Source: Nitrospirota bacterium (GTDB lineage: Bacteria; Nitrospirota; UBA9217). From it: a DNA stretch of 64,000 nt. Of this stretch, positions 31,470-41,977 are shown piece by piece. Position 1 is the first letter of the stretch. Each line of letters opens with the position of its first letter. The position numbers were made by a program, and so were the translations under genes. The DNA is taken from assembly GCA_963754875.1 (NCBI GenBank), contig CAVWHO010000007.1, positions 1 to 64,000 of the forward strand, given 5' to 3'. The notes below the pieces were generated by a model. It made no database searches, was not told the origin of the DNA, and was given only the letters and a program-made list of their open reading frames with translations.

Positions 31470-32600
31470 ATGAGTTATTTTCTGGCACGGCGGGCCGTTC
31501 TCAAGTGGCTGGAAACTCCGTCCATTTACCAGGTCGCAAAAGACGAGTTGTACGAACTGGACGACGAATCTTTTCGGTTCTTAAAAAACTGCGCCTCCGT
31601 ATACGGCTGTTCTTCCAAGGACGGCGGCTTTACCGATTATTGTGTCGATGAAGGCCTCTTGACGACCGAGACGACCATTCTTCAGCGCCCTTCCCTCATG
31701 CAGTCGCCGGTCCCGTCGCTCAGATACCTCGAGCTCCAGATAACAGATGCGTGCAATCTCCGGTGCAGGCATTGCTACATCGATTCGACGAGGACCCGCG
31801 AGCTTTCCCGGGAACAGATCCAGGACCTGCTGAAGGAATTTACGGATCTGCAGGGCCTTCGCGTGCTGATCACGGGAGGCGAGCCGCTGATCCACTCGCA
31901 TTTCCGCGAAATCAACGAAATGCTGCCGGATTTTTTTCTCCGCAAAGTCCTCTTCACGAACGGCATCCTCCTGACACAGGACCTGCTCAAGACCTTGAAG
32001 GCCGACGAGATCCAGGTGAGCATAGACGGTCTGGAACAGGCCCACGATGCGGTCCGCGGCGCCGGAACATACAAGCGCTCCATGGCCGCGGTCAGGCTGG
32101 CGCTCGACGCGGGCTTCGCCGTGTCGATCTCAACCATGGTGCACCGGGCCAATCTCGGCGACTTCGATGACATGGAACAACAGTTTCGCAGCATGGGAAT
32201 CAAGGATTGGACCGTGGACGTGCCCTGCGTGGCCGGACGGCTCAGGAAGAATACCGACTTGCTGGTCGGCCCTGAGGAAGGCGGGAGATATCTGGGATAT
32301 GGATACGGTGCGGGGTTGCACGCTGCGGCCCGGGGATACGGCTGCGGTTACCATCTCATGTCCGTGATGGCCGACGGCAATATCGCAAAATGCACGTTCT
32401 ACCATGATCGATCGGTCGGCACGGTCCGTGACGGGCTGCGGGAAGCCTGGAAGAAGATTCCGCCGGTGAAGCTCAAGAAGCTCTCGTGCAAGTGTGACTA
32501 TATCGATGTATGCCGCGGCGGGTGCCGGTACCGTGCGGAACTTCTGAACGGCAAGGGTGGAAAAGATCCTTACCGGTGCACGCTGTATGGTATACTATAA
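31470..32600 (+). CDS. Radical SAM/SPASM maturase with probable N-terminal RRE (PqqD-like) domain
   Basis: CNLRCRHC, TGGEP, SIDG; SPASM-like CG...C...CKC....CRGGCR...C; ~75-aa N-terminal extension. Confidence 0.88.
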   Translation: MSYFLARRAVLKWLETPSIYQVAKDELYELDDESFRFLKNCASVYGCSSKDGGFTDYCVDEGLLTTETTILQRPSLMQSPVPSLRYLELQITDACNLRCRHCYIDSTRTRELSREQIQDLLKEFTDLQGLRVLITGGEPLIHSHFREINEMLPDFFLRKVLFTNGILLTQDLLKTLKADEIQVSIDGLEQAHDAVRGAGTYKRSMAAVRLALDAGFAVSISTMVHRANLGDFDDMEQQFRSMGIKDWTVDVPCVAGRLRKNTDLLVGPEEGGRYLGYGYGAGLHAAARGYGCGYHLMSVMADGNIAKCTFYHDRSVGTVRDGLREAWKKIPPVKLKKLSCKCDYIDVCRGGCRYRAELLNGKGGKDPYRCTLYGIL

Positions 32601-32686
32601 ATAATTGCGTTCCGTTTCGTACCCTGTTCTTAAACTCTACGCCGCTCTGCATTGCCCGAATAGTACTTCAGGAAAGGAGGCCCTCA

Positions 32687-32749
32687 ATGACGATCAAAAA
32701 AGTGTCAAAGAAACCGGCTTTGACCTGCAAGTGTAAAAGCTCCTGTTAA
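32687..32749 (+). CDS. Putative RiPP precursor peptide MTIKKVSKKPALTCKCKSSC
   Basis: AAAGGAGG 6 nt before the ATG, directly after the rSAM/SPASM gene, followed by a terminator. Confidence 0.75.
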   Translation: MTIKKVSKKPALTCKCKSSC

Positions 32750-32781
32750 AATCATCTCGTCGTTCCGCATCAAAAAAATAG

Positions 32782-32810
32782 AAAGCTCGGCACCTCGTGC
32801 CGAGCTTTTC
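32782..32810 (+). terminator. Intrinsic terminator, probably bidirectional
   Basis: AAAGCTCGGCAC-CTC-GTGCCGAGCTTTT. Confidence 0.8.
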
Positions 32811-32899
32811 GTTGTTCGGGGAAATGAGTGAAAGGAACGGGCAGTGCCCGGTTGGGAGCTCCGGTCTTGACTTCGGCCGGTGGGTCATAGGAGACATCA

Positions 32900-33388
32900 T
32901 CATCCTCCTTCGACGATTCCCCGTTCCTCCCACATGAACCAGTTGCCCGTATCGGCGAGGAACTGGTAGGTGTTGAAAAAAATTTCGTAATGCTGTTTCT
33001 CTTCCTGGATGAGCCTCTGCAGCAGGGCCTTTTCCCTGTCCGTCTTGGCTTGGGCGAGCGTTCTCTCGTAGAATTCCTTGCCTTCCTTCTCCATCTCCGT
33101 GGCGATCTTGAACGCCTCCATTTCGTCGGTCGTGGCTTCCACTTTTTTCATCATTTCGCCCTTCAGGGCTTCGAAGACCGTTTTAACGTTCTTCATAGGG
33201 CTCACGTCCTGGTGCGTTATGTTCATCCCTTTGATGAGCTGGGAGATCATCTGGAGATGGCGTTTTTCGTCCTCCGTGATCGTCTGGAACATCTTTTTCC
33301 CCGCAGGATACTTCGTTTTGCGCGCCGCCTCGGTATAGAACGATATTGCGTCGGTCTCCATCTTCATTGCCACTTCGAGAGCGTCCAT
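32900..33388 (-). CDS. Ferritin-like/rubrerythrin family protein
   Basis: Duplicated A..ME..FY...E..H motifs (EDEKRH, EEKQH); AAGGAGG RBS. Confidence 0.88.
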   Translation of the reverse strand: MDALEVAMKMETDAISFYTEAARKTKYPAGKKMFQTITEDEKRHLQMISQLIKGMNITHQDVSPMKNVKTVFEALKGEMMKKVEATTDEMEAFKIATEMEKEGKEFYERTLAQAKTDREKALLQRLIQEEKQHYEIFFNTYQFLADTGNWFMWEERGIVEGG

Positions 33389-33703
33389 GTGGTCCTCCTT
33401 CGTAATTTTTTGCATGGGATACTATGATAGAGCGGACAAGATAAATCTTCAATCGGCAAATTCTAAGTATAAGTATACCATACTGGAAAGCGGCAGGGCG
33501 GCAAGGAGAAAAACGAGGAAGAGCGTTGCCGGGAAGCTCAACGAGATGTATTTTATTTTCGTGAGCTGACCGATAACCACGGAGAGGCGCCCGCGAAAAT
33601 AAAGACTTCTTTACGATATTATCGCATTTCAATCAGTGGAAATTCGTGCAGAAAAGTTGACCCTTCCGCAAGTGTAGCGGCAATTTCCTGTTCACCTACT
33701 GCA

Positions 33704-34822
33704 TTATTTTTTCGTTTTATCCCCAAACAGGTCCTTCACCGTATTGAAAAAACCTCTCGTCAGCGGAGAAGAATCTTCGGTGTGCAGGCGGTCGAACTCC
33801 TGGAGCAACTCCTTCTGCTTCGGCGTGAGTTTCGATGGCACTTCGACCGAGATCCTGCACAGCTGGTCGCCGATCCCCGATCCGCGGAGATGGGGAAACC
33901 CTTTTCCGCGCAGCCTGAAAACATGGCCCGGCTGGGTACCCGCCGGGATCTTGAGCTTCGTGCCGCCGCTCATCGTCGGTACTTCTATTTCCGTGCCGAG
34001 CGCCGCCTGGGTGAAGCTGATCGGGACGTCACACACGATGTCCTGCCCTTCCCGTTTGAACAGGGCATGGTCCTCGACCGTGAGAAACACATACAAATCT
34101 CCGGGCGGTCCGCCGTAGGAACCCAGTTCTCCCTCGCCGCTCAAGCGAATGGTATTGCCCGTCTCCACTCCTGCAGGGATCTTCACCGAGAGGTTCCGCT
34201 CCCGTTCGACCCGTTTCCTGCCTTTGCAAGTGCTGCAGGGGTCCGTGATGGTCCTGCCTTCCCCGTTGCAGCGGGAACAGGTGCGGCTTATGCTGAAAAA
34301 TCCCTGCTGCGTGCGGACCTGGCCCGCACCGTGGCAGACCGGGCAGGTCACGATGCCGTCCCTCGTCTTGGCCCCGGTTCCGTCGCAATCGGGACAGCGT
34401 TCCCACCGCGGTACGCGGATCTTCGTCGTCGTGCCGAACACCGCGTCTTCAAAACTGATCTTGAGGTTGTACCGAAGGTCCTCGCCTTGCATCGCCCGGG
34501 CGCGGCCCCGGCCGCCCCCGCCCCCGAAAAACTCCTCGAAAATATCACCGAAGATATCTCCCATGCCGGCGCCGCCGAATCCGGCACCGCCCCCGGGCTG
34601 CGCGCCCGGTGCGGTGCCGTACTGGTCGAAATAGGCCCGCTTCTGCGGATCAGAAAGGACCTCGTATGCCTCGTTGATCTCTTTGAACTTCTCTTCAGAT
34701 TCCTTGTTCCCCGGATTTTTATCAGGATGGAATTCGTGAGCGAGCTTCCGGTAAGCGCGCTTGAGCTCGGCTTCGGTTGCATTCCGGTGAACGCCCAGCA
34801 GTTGATAGTAATCTTTGGCCAT
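33704..34822 (-). CDS. dnaJ: Chaperone DnaJ
   Basis: HPD, G/F region, four CxxCxGxG-type repeats. Confidence 0.97.
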   Translation of the reverse strand: MAKDYYQLLGVHRNATEAELKRAYRKLAHEFHPDKNPGNKESEEKFKEINEAYEVLSDPQKRAYFDQYGTAPGAQPGGGAGFGGAGMGDIFGDIFEEFFGGGGGRGRARAMQGEDLRYNLKISFEDAVFGTTTKIRVPRWERCPDCDGTGAKTRDGIVTCPVCHGAGQVRTQQGFFSISRTCSRCNGEGRTITDPCSTCKGRKRVERERNLSVKIPAGVETGNTIRLSGEGELGSYGGPPGDLYVFLTVEDHALFKREGQDIVCDVPISFTQAALGTEIEVPTMSGGTKLKIPAGTQPGHVFRLRGKGFPHLRGSGIGDQLCRISVEVPSKLTPKQKELLQEFDRLHTEDSSPLTRGFFNTVKDLFGDKTKK

Positions 34823-34941
34823 AGGGGGTTATGTATACCTTTTCTTTTTCAGAGACGCAACGTGCGCAGAGGTGGACAAAAACCTGCTGCATTCCTTGCC
34901 TTTGCGAACCCGGCGTTTTGCGCGGACAGTGGTTTTTTCAC

Positions 34942-34995
34942 AAAAAGAGGATAGCGAACGGCGCGGGGAACCTCCCCACCGCTGTCGCTATCCTC
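34942..34995 (-). terminator. Hairpin/terminator after dnaK
   Basis: GAGGATAGCGA...TCGCTATCCTC, T run on the minus strand. Confidence 0.65.
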
Positions 34996-35013
34996 GTCAT
35001 TTCCCGTTAATCG

Positions 35014-36936
35014 TTACTTCTTGTCTTTGTCCACTTCCTCAAACTCGGCGTCCACGACTTTTTCCTCGGGCTTGCCACCGTCGCCCGGGGCCGCTCCCCC
35101 GGCAGCTCGTGTTCCCGCTGCCTGCTCCTTGTTCATCTTGGTGTAGACCTCCTCCGCGAGTTTGTGCGATGCTTTGGAGAGCTCCGCCACGGCCTTTTTG
35201 ATGGCTTCGACGTCCTGGCCGTCCTTCACCCGTCTTGTTTCTTCCAGCGCCCTCTGGATTTCCGCGCGCTCCGCATCGGCAAGCTTGGACCCGTAGTCGG
35301 CGACGGACTTCTCTACCGAGTAGATGAGCGTGTCAGCCTCGTTCCTGGCGTCGGCCGCTTCCCGCTTTTTCTTGTCGTCGGCGGCGTGGGACTCCGCCTC
35401 TTTGACGGCCTTATCGATCTCGTCCTTGCTCATGCCGGACGACGCAGTGATCTTGATGGACTGCTCTCTGCCGGTGCCGAGGTCTTTTGCGGTCACATGC
35501 ACGATGCCGTTTGCGTCGATGTCGAAGGTCACCTCGACCTGCGGGATGCCCCGCGGCGCCGGCGGAATCCCCACCAGCTCGAACCGGCCCAGGGTCTTGT
35601 TGTCCGCGGCCATTTCGCGCTCGCCCTGCACCACGTGGATCGAGACCGCGGTCTGGTTGTCCGACGCAGTAGAAAAGACCTGGCTTTTCTTCGTCGGGAT
35701 GGTGGTATTACGTTCGATGATCTTGGTGGTAACGGCGCCGAGCGTCTCGATGCCGAGGGACAGCGGCGTAACGTCGAGCAGCAGGACGTCCTTGACCTGG
35801 CCGGTCAGGACCGCGCCCTGGATGCCCGCGCCGATGGCCACAACTTCGTCGGGGTTCACGCCGCGGTGCGGGTCTTTCTTGAAGTAGTCCTTCACCGTCT
35901 GGATGACCTTCGGCATACGCGTCATGCCGCCTACGAGGATTGCTTCATTGATCTTGTCAACGGTCTTGCCTGCGTCGTTGAGCGCCTTGCGCACCGGATC
36001 GGTGGTCTTCTCGACGAGATCGCCCACCAGTTGCTCCATTTTTGCACGCGAGAGCTTGTAGAGCAGGTGCTTGGGACCGGTCGCATCAGCCGTGACGAAG
36101 GGGAGGTTGATCTCCGTCTCCGCGACCGACGAAAGTTCGATCTTGGCTTTCTCCGCCGCTTCCTTCAAGCGCTGGAGCGCCATCTTGTCCTTGCTCAGGT
36201 CGATGCCCTGGTCTTTCCTGAACTCATCGGCAAGCCACTTGATGATCCGTTCGTCGAAGTCGTCGCCGCCCAAATAGGTGTCGCCGTTCGTCGACTTCAC
36301 CTCGAACACGCCTTCGCCGAGTTCCAGGATGGAAATATCAAAAGTGCCGCCGCCAAGGTCGTATACGGCAACGGTCTCGTCCTTCTTCTTGTCCAGGCCA
36401 TAGGCCAGGGCCGCGGCCGTCGGCTCGTTGATGATCCTGAGCACATTCAAGCCGGCGATCCTGCCCGCGTCCTTCGTGGCCTGACGCTGGCTGTCGTTGA
36501 AGTATGCAGGCACGGTAATGACCGCATCGCTCACCTTTTCACCCAGAAAATCCTCGGCGGTCTGCCTCATTTTCTGCAGGATCATTGCCGAGATCTCCGA
36601 CGGGCTGTAGGTCTTGCCGCGGACCTCCACGTGGGCGTCGCCGTTCGACGCAGCCACGATCTTGTACGGCAAGTGCTTCATCGCCTCTCTGACCTCGTTC
36701 GAGTCGTATTTTCTGCCCATGAGACGCTTGATCGAGAATATGGTATTTTCGGGGTTCGTGATCGACTGCCGCTTTGCGATCTGGCCGACCAGCCGCTCTC
36801 CGCTTTCGGTGAACGCCACTACCGACGGCGTTGTCCGGCTCCCTTCGGAATTCGGGATGACGACCGGCTCCCCTCCCTCCATGATTGCGACACAGGAGTT
36901 GGTCGTACCGAGATCGATTCCTATAACTTTTGCCAT
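35014..36936 (-). CDS. dnaK: Chaperone DnaK
   Basis: [32 protein letters not shown]. Confidence 0.99.
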   Translation of the reverse strand: MAKVIGIDLGTTNSCVAIMEGGEPVVIPNSEGSRTTPSVVAFTESGERLVGQIAKRQSITNPENTIFSIKRLMGRKYDSNEVREAMKHLPYKIVAASNGDAHVEVRGKTYSPSEISAMILQKMRQTAEDFLGEKVSDAVITVPAYFNDSQRQATKDAGRIAGLNVLRIINEPTAAALAYGLDKKKDETVAVYDLGGGTFDISILELGEGVFEVKSTNGDTYLGGDDFDERIIKWLADEFRKDQGIDLSKDKMALQRLKEAAEKAKIELSSVAETEINLPFVTADATGPKHLLYKLSRAKMEQLVGDLVEKTTDPVRKALNDAGKTVDKINEAILVGGMTRMPKVIQTVKDYFKKDPHRGVNPDEVVAIGAGIQGAVLTGQVKDVLLLDVTPLSLGIETLGAVTTKIIERNTTIPTKKSQVFSTASDNQTAVSIHVVQGEREMAADNKTLGRFELVGIPPAPRGIPQVEVTFDIDANGIVHVTAKDLGTGREQSIKITASSGMSKDEIDKAVKEAESHAADDKKKREAADARNEADTLIYSVEKSVADYGSKLADAERAEIQRALEETRRVKDGQDVEAIKKAVAELSKASHKLAEEVYTKMNKEQAAGTRAAGGAAPGDGGKPEEKVVDAEFEEVDKDKK

Positions 36937-37027
36937 AATGTCCTCCTTGAAGTTGTTCTTTAAGACGAATGTTTCTGTATTCTGAAGCGGAGACGGCTAT
37001 GTTCCCTTCCTGCGCCGCGCTCCGTCA

Positions 37028-37633
37028 TCACTCGTTTACGTGTTCTTCGTTATTTTCTTCCTGGTTCTCGACCGCGGGCTTCTTGGATACGCTGACCCGC
37101 GCATGGCGGAGCACCTTATCGTGGTAGAGATATCCTTCCTGGAACACCTGCACCACCGTGTTCTCCGGGACCGCAGCGGTCTCTTCCTGCATGATAGCGT
37201 CGTGTTTTGCGGGATCGAACGGCTCTCCCTGCGAAGAAAAGGACGTGATCCCGAACTTTTCGAGCACGTCGTGGAGTTGCTTATGCACCAGTTCCACGCC
37301 CTGACGGAGGCCGTCGTTGCTTTCTCCTGCTTCGACCGCATGCTTGATGGCCAACGAGAGATGATCGACGACGCTCAAAAGTTCCCGCGCCATCTGTTCA
37401 TTCGCATACTTCCGGAAATCCGCAAGATCACGCTGCATACGTTTGCGGTAATTGTCGAAGTCCGCGGACGTCCGGAGATACTTGTCATGGGCCTCCGCCG
37501 CTTCTTTGGCCTTCTGCTCCAGCGCCTGCGTCAGTTTTGCAATCTCCGCCGACACCGTCCCGGTATCCTCTTCCTTGACGGAAGGACCCGATGCTCCCTC
37601 TTCTTCCGTGAGATCGTCGAACTCGTCGTTCAT
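37028..37633 (-). CDS. grpE: Nucleotide exchange factor GrpE
   Basis: ADFDNYRKR, FDPAKHDA, GYLYHDKVLRHARV. Confidence 0.96.
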   Translation of the reverse strand: MNDEFDDLTEEEGASGPSVKEEDTGTVSAEIAKLTQALEQKAKEAAEAHDKYLRTSADFDNYRKRMQRDLADFRKYANEQMARELLSVVDHLSLAIKHAVEAGESNDGLRQGVELVHKQLHDVLEKFGITSFSSQGEPFDPAKHDAIMQEETAAVPENTVVQVFQEGYLYHDKVLRHARVSVSKKPAVENQEENNEEHVNE

Positions 37634-38686
37634 CGCTCTAAACCCCTCTGTAATCGTTCATTCAGAAGCTTCGAAAGAATCTTTGCCGTATAATCCACAA
37701 CGTGAATCACCTGCTTGTACTGCATCCTCGTAGGTCCGATCACGCCGAGCGTGCCTACGACGTTCGACCCCGCACTTGTAGCTGCCGACCACCATGCTGC
37801 ATCCCTGCATCTCGAAATACGGATTTTCCGATCCGATAAAGACCTTGATGCCCTGCGCCGAAACGCTCCGGTCGAGGAGCTTGAGCAGCTTGTACTTGTC
37901 CTCGAATGCTTTGAACAGTGATCTCATCTTCTCGACATTTGCGAACTCCGGGCTCTCAAGGACCTGCGATGCGCCGCCGATGTACACTTTCTCGCTTTCC
38001 CGCTCCTGCACGTCTTGGCTGGCCCGGTACGTCTCGTCCATCAGCTGCATGAACAGGACCTTCTCTTCCTCCATCTTTTCAACCAGCCGTTTACGGATCT
38101 CGCTCAAGGTCCAGTGTTCGAGTTCCCCGTCGAGGTAGGAGCTGAACATGTTCAAATCCTGCTGCCGGATGCTCTCGTCGAGTTCAATGAGCTTGTTCTG
38201 GACAATGCCGGTTGAGGTCACGAAAATGATAAGGACCTGTCTTCCGCGCAGCCGGACGAACTCGACATGCCGGTACGAAGCTTCCGCCTCGGTCGGCGCC
38301 ACGACGACGCCGGCACAGTGGGACAACACGGCGAGGAACCGGCTTGCCTCCTCCATGAGCTCCTGAAGATCGTCACCGTGGAGTTGAGGGGCCTGCTGGA
38401 GGTGTTCTTCGATGTCATCGCTGTCGTTCTCGATGCTGATCAGGCTGTCGATATAATAGCGATACCCGAGGTCAGTGGGAATTCTGCCTGCCGAGGTGTG
38501 CGGATGGGTCAATAATCCCATATCCTCGAGCTCGGCCATGATGTTCCGGAGCGTGGCGGAACTTACCCCGAAATCGTATCGCTTCACTAGTACCGTGGAG
38601 CCGATCGGAGATCCGCTCGCAATATAGCTGTCGATGACAGCTTGCAAAACCTTTCTATTTCTCTCATCCAGATTCATACTGCTCAC
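37630..38686 (-). CDS. hrcA: Heat-inducible repressor HrcA, with a +1 frameshift near the 3' end in this sequence
   Basis: SSATLRNIMAELE, HPHTSAGRIPT; conserved GTLGVIGPTRM is out of frame after ~37770. Confidence 0.93.
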
Positions 38687-38719
38687 TACCTTGAGAAAAA
38701 AATCTCGATTCCCACCTTA

Positions 38720-38746
38720 TTAGCACTCGACATAATAGAGTGCTAA
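38720..38746. promoter_or_regulatory. CIRCE operator upstream of hrcA
   Basis: TTAGCACTC-GACATAATA-GAGTGCTAA. Confidence 0.97.
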
Positions 38747-38747
38747 T

Positions 38748-38776
38748 AATTTAACATATGAGCGAATTCGTGTCAA
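38748..38776 (-). promoter_or_regulatory. Sigma70 promoter of the hrcA operon
   Basis: TTGACA-17-TAAATT immediately before CIRCE. Confidence 0.75.
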
Positions 38777-38864
38777 GGTGATATTATTAACGGCTTATGA
38801 TATCGCATTTTTTTAATTTTTCTTTAAAATATCATGGATTCATGGTATTGTTTGGATATCTGAT

Positions 38865-38903
38865 AAAAAAACCATCCCTTCGAAAGCGTTACGGGATGGT
38901 TTT
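38865..38903 (-). terminator. Terminator after hsp20
   Basis: AAAACCATCCC...GGGATGGTTTT. Confidence 0.7.
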
Positions 38904-38957
38904 CTAATTCACCTTGCAGCGATATCTGGAAGCGGAACTGCACATCCGCCTTCTGTA

Positions 38958-39473
38958 TCAAGCTGCTTTCTTAGCTTCGGTCTCAATCAGCTTTTTCTCT
39001 TCTTTCGGGGCCTCGACCTCGATCTTCCGGGCCTTGGCAATCGTCGGGGCCGGCACGGTGATCTCAAGAATCCCGTTCGAGAATTTCGCCTTCAATTCAT
39101 CGGTCTTCACACCCTCGGGCAGTACAAAGCGCCGCTCGAAGGAACCATAGGTGATCTCCTGATAAACATAATTCTCTTCCTTGGCGCCCTTCTCAGCCTT
39201 CCGTTCGCCCTTGATGATCAGTTCCCGGTCCGTGATGCTGACATCGAGGTCCTTCGGGTCCACACCGGGAAGTTCAGCTCTAAACACGAGCTTGTTGTCT
39301 TTGATATAGCTTTCTACTGAAGGCATCCAAAGCGTAGTCCGTTCACTGGGTGCCTCAGCACCGAGGAACCGGCCAAACAGCCGATCCATGTCATGCTGCA
39401 TTAAGCGAAGCTCTTCGAATGGATCCCACCGTCTCATCATTCTAAAGGGATCCCAACGAGTCAGGCTTTTCAT
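38958..39473 (-). CDS. Hsp20/alpha-crystallin small heat shock protein
   Basis: WDPF twice, AELPGV, IKGER, YGSFERRF, NGILEI; AAGGAGG RBS. Confidence 0.93.
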   Translation of the reverse strand: MKSLTRWDPFRMMRRWDPFEELRLMQHDMDRLFGRFLGAEAPSERTTLWMPSVESYIKDNKLVFRAELPGVDPKDLDVSITDRELIIKGERKAEKGAKEENYVYQEITYGSFERRFVLPEGVKTDELKAKFSNGILEITVPAPTIAKARKIEVEAPKEEKKLIETEAKKAA

Positions 39474-39657
39474 AATAATCCCTCCTTTTTTCTTTTTTAC
39501 GATCTCCGGTCCAGGTATCAATCATTCCTGCCATTTTCACCTCTCTTTATGGCTATGGCTGATTGAGCCATCGATACCACGGGAGATCGTTTTCTTAAGC
39601 GTTTCCGATCTCTTATGCGCTTGCCCTCACCTCCCTGCACTATAATCTTCCTTTTTA

Positions 39658-39698
39658 AATATACCACCACATTAGCACTCTGTCAATGAGAGTGCTAA
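39658..39698 (-). promoter_or_regulatory. CIRCE operator (39672-39698) overlapping the hsp20 promoter
   Basis: TTAGCACTC-TGTCAATGA-GAGTGCTAA; minus-strand TTGACA lies in the spacer, then 17 nt, then TATATT. Confidence 0.93.
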
Positions 39699-39905
39699 TC
39701 ATAATATACTGATTTTGTTTATCTTTTAAATAATGTTGTGGGTCGCCACAGTTAGACGCTTGAAACCCCTTTTATCGAGAGGGTATAACAGAAAACAGTA
39801 GTGCGCTTTATGCGGGGGGGGGTGATGGCCAGCAATTCGTAGACGCAGGAGCTTAAATCACATTGCAAAATTGGAAACATGATAATCATATAAAGGGCAC
39901 TCCAC

Positions 39906-39937
39906 AAAAAGAGGCCCACGGAGTTCCGTGGGCCTCT
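39906..39937 (-). terminator. Intrinsic terminator
   Basis: AGAGGCCCACGGA-GT-TCCGTGGGCCTCT, T run on the minus strand. Confidence 0.75.
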
Positions 39938-39963
39938 CAGTATCATCACGCATCCCGGATCGC

Positions 39964-41766
39964 TTACTGGTAGGTGTAATAAACTGTGGCGAGCTCGCCG
40001 TTGATGCCATACACCTGGAGATAGATTTCCGCCTGCACTGTAGTTTGGCCGCTGCACGTCGACGGGATCGTGACCTGGGCTGTGGTCGCGTTAATACCGA
40101 GCACGACTTGGCTGCCCGAGTCGTCGCATTTTACGGTCGTCGGAGCATTAGGCACTCCGGTATATGCCACGGTCCCAAGCCGTATCATGGAGATGGCGAA
40201 CGTCTTCGGGAGCGTCCAATTCACAGTCTGAGCCGAGCCGACATTAGCGGCCGCAATAGTTGAACCAGTCAGACCGCTTATCATAATAGACTCAGTGGTG
40301 ATCGCGTTGAGCGTCTGTGTATAGGTCACTGTTGGACCGCTTGTTGGCGTTACCCCGATCGTGAACAGCTGGCCCCCTGAAATAGTCGGGTCGAGGGCAT
40401 CGATCCCAAAGGCGTCGAAGTTGAGGGAGCCGTCCCAGGGTGCGACATTCTTTCCATCATAAGACAGCGGGGTCGCACTCCACGGCCCGCCGGAGATAGT
40501 TGCACCGAACAGGCTCGTTACTGTCGACAGAGAACGGGGAGCGTCGACATTAACTTCAAGGACCAGATTGGTGCCTGTCCCAGAGCCCTGGTTCCTGACC
40601 ATGTTCGCACGCACCTCGACATCCGCAATGCGCTTGTCTCCGGACATAAGCCAGTTGCTGCCTACCTTCGTGAAGAAAAACTCATTCGGCGATGTGCTGG
40701 TCTGACCTCCCGCGGTTTGGGAAAGCTTAAATACCGTGTCAGCCGTCGTCGATGTGGATAACGACTTGATGGAGATATCCGAGAAGGCTATGGTCTGCCC
40801 TTTAAAGAGAAAAACGATCTGCTGGGCTACCTGCGCCTGAGTAAGGCCGCCCCAAAGTCCATTGGGGTCCAGGTAGGGCAGCAGGTCGCTTCCAACAAGC
40901 GCTGAACCCCTGGCATTCACAGTAGCGGCAAAGTTGTTGACTGTAGTTGTTATCCCGTCCAGCGCCGTCTGCTGCGCCGTCTGGACCGGTACCACGGTGC
41001 CGTTGGAACTCGTGCTGGTTCCGTTCGTGCCGGTTGTTGCTGTGACGATATTTATCGAGCCGGAAGCGGCGGTCAGCAGGGAGTTTTGCGTAACGCCTCC
41101 GCTGGAGATGATCAGCTGGCCCGTAGACGGGTTAACAATAGTGTGATCGAGTACCTGGTCGATGCCGGTACCGTCAGCAGTAAACGGCGTTGAAATAAGA
41201 TTAAAGCTGCCCGTGGTCACGCCGGCCTGATCCAACCAAAGCTGGACCACGTCCTGGACAACCGAGCTGATCACCGTTACTGCCGTGGGTGAAGGCGGGG
41301 GGTTGGCAGCCGGAGCTGCGAATGCGGCGTCCATGGAAATGCCTTGCACATTATACCATGATCGGATAATGAGGTCCGTCAGAGGAGTGATGTTGATCGT
41401 TGATGCGGCGTTTGCGTCCGCGCTCACGCTGAAGAAGGACTTCGTCGGCGTGGTCACGAGGAGCAGATACGGCCTTGAGAGACCGGTCGTGTCGATCGAA
41501 TACGTCCCGCTGCTCGATGTTGTGGCCGTGAGGCTGCTTCCTGCGCTGTCCTTCAGAGTAACCGTTGCACCTGCAAGCGCTCCGCCGCTCGCTACGGTGC
41601 CGCTCACGTGCACCTGTCCGCTGCCGCTCGATGACGAGCTGCTTGAACTTGAGCTGCTGGAACTGCTGCTACTGCCTCCTCCCCCTCCTCCGCAGCCGGA
41701 AATTATTACCGCCATCGCTAAGAGCACAATTGTGAATACTCCAAACAGCATTCCTGACCTTTTCAT
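39964..41766 (-). CDS. Ser/Thr-rich surface lipoprotein with carboxypeptidase-regulatory-like domain
   Basis: Lipobox ISGC, Gly/Ser linker, VSGTVASG..GATVTLKD, INITPLT. Confidence 0.8.
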   Translation of the reverse strand: MKRSGMLFGVFTIVLLAMAVIISGCGGGGGGSSSSSSSSSSSSSSSSGSGQVHVSGTVASGGALAGATVTLKDSAGSSLTATTSSSGTYSIDTTGLSRPYLLLVTTPTKSFFSVSADANAASTINITPLTDLIIRSWYNVQGISMDAAFAAPAANPPPSPTAVTVISSVVQDVVQLWLDQAGVTTGSFNLISTPFTADGTGIDQVLDHTIVNPSTGQLIISSGGVTQNSLLTAASGSINIVTATTGTNGTSTSSNGTVVPVQTAQQTALDGITTTVNNFAATVNARGSALVGSDLLPYLDPNGLWGGLTQAQVAQQIVFLFKGQTIAFSDISIKSLSTSTTADTVFKLSQTAGGQTSTSPNEFFFTKVGSNWLMSGDKRIADVEVRANMVRNQGSGTGTNLVLEVNVDAPRSLSTVTSLFGATISGGPWSATPLSYDGKNVAPWDGSLNFDAFGIDALDPTISGGQLFTIGVTPTSGPTVTYTQTLNAITTESIMISGLTGSTIAAANVGSAQTVNWTLPKTFAISMIRLGTVAYTGVPNAPTTVKCDDSGSQVVLGINATTAQVTIPSTCSGQTTVQAEIYLQVYGINGELATVYYTYQ

Positions 41767-41977
41767 GACCGACTCCTCCTTTCAAAGCACGGCAGAGCTG
41801 AACTATCATGATTCCAGCTCATTACTCTGAACTATGAGACCGACTATATGCCGAATACAGTAAGTTGTCAATAATAGGTGGGTAAATTTTTGAAACTTCG
41901 AGCCTGCAGGGTAACTGCGAGGGGACATCAGGTGTTCTCAAGAAGTGACGATTTTGTCTTCATCAGTGGTTGATGCC

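Noticed and set aside
32510..32686. 79-aa version of the peptide ORF
   Set aside because: Overlaps the rSAM 3' end; the strong RBS marks ATG 32687
35164..36963. 599-aa plus-strand ORF
   Set aside because: Antisense shadow of dnaK, a well-known spurious ORF
41632..41695. Low-complexity trinucleotide tract
   Set aside because: Encodes the Gly/Ser linker with mixed codons; not a slippage repeat
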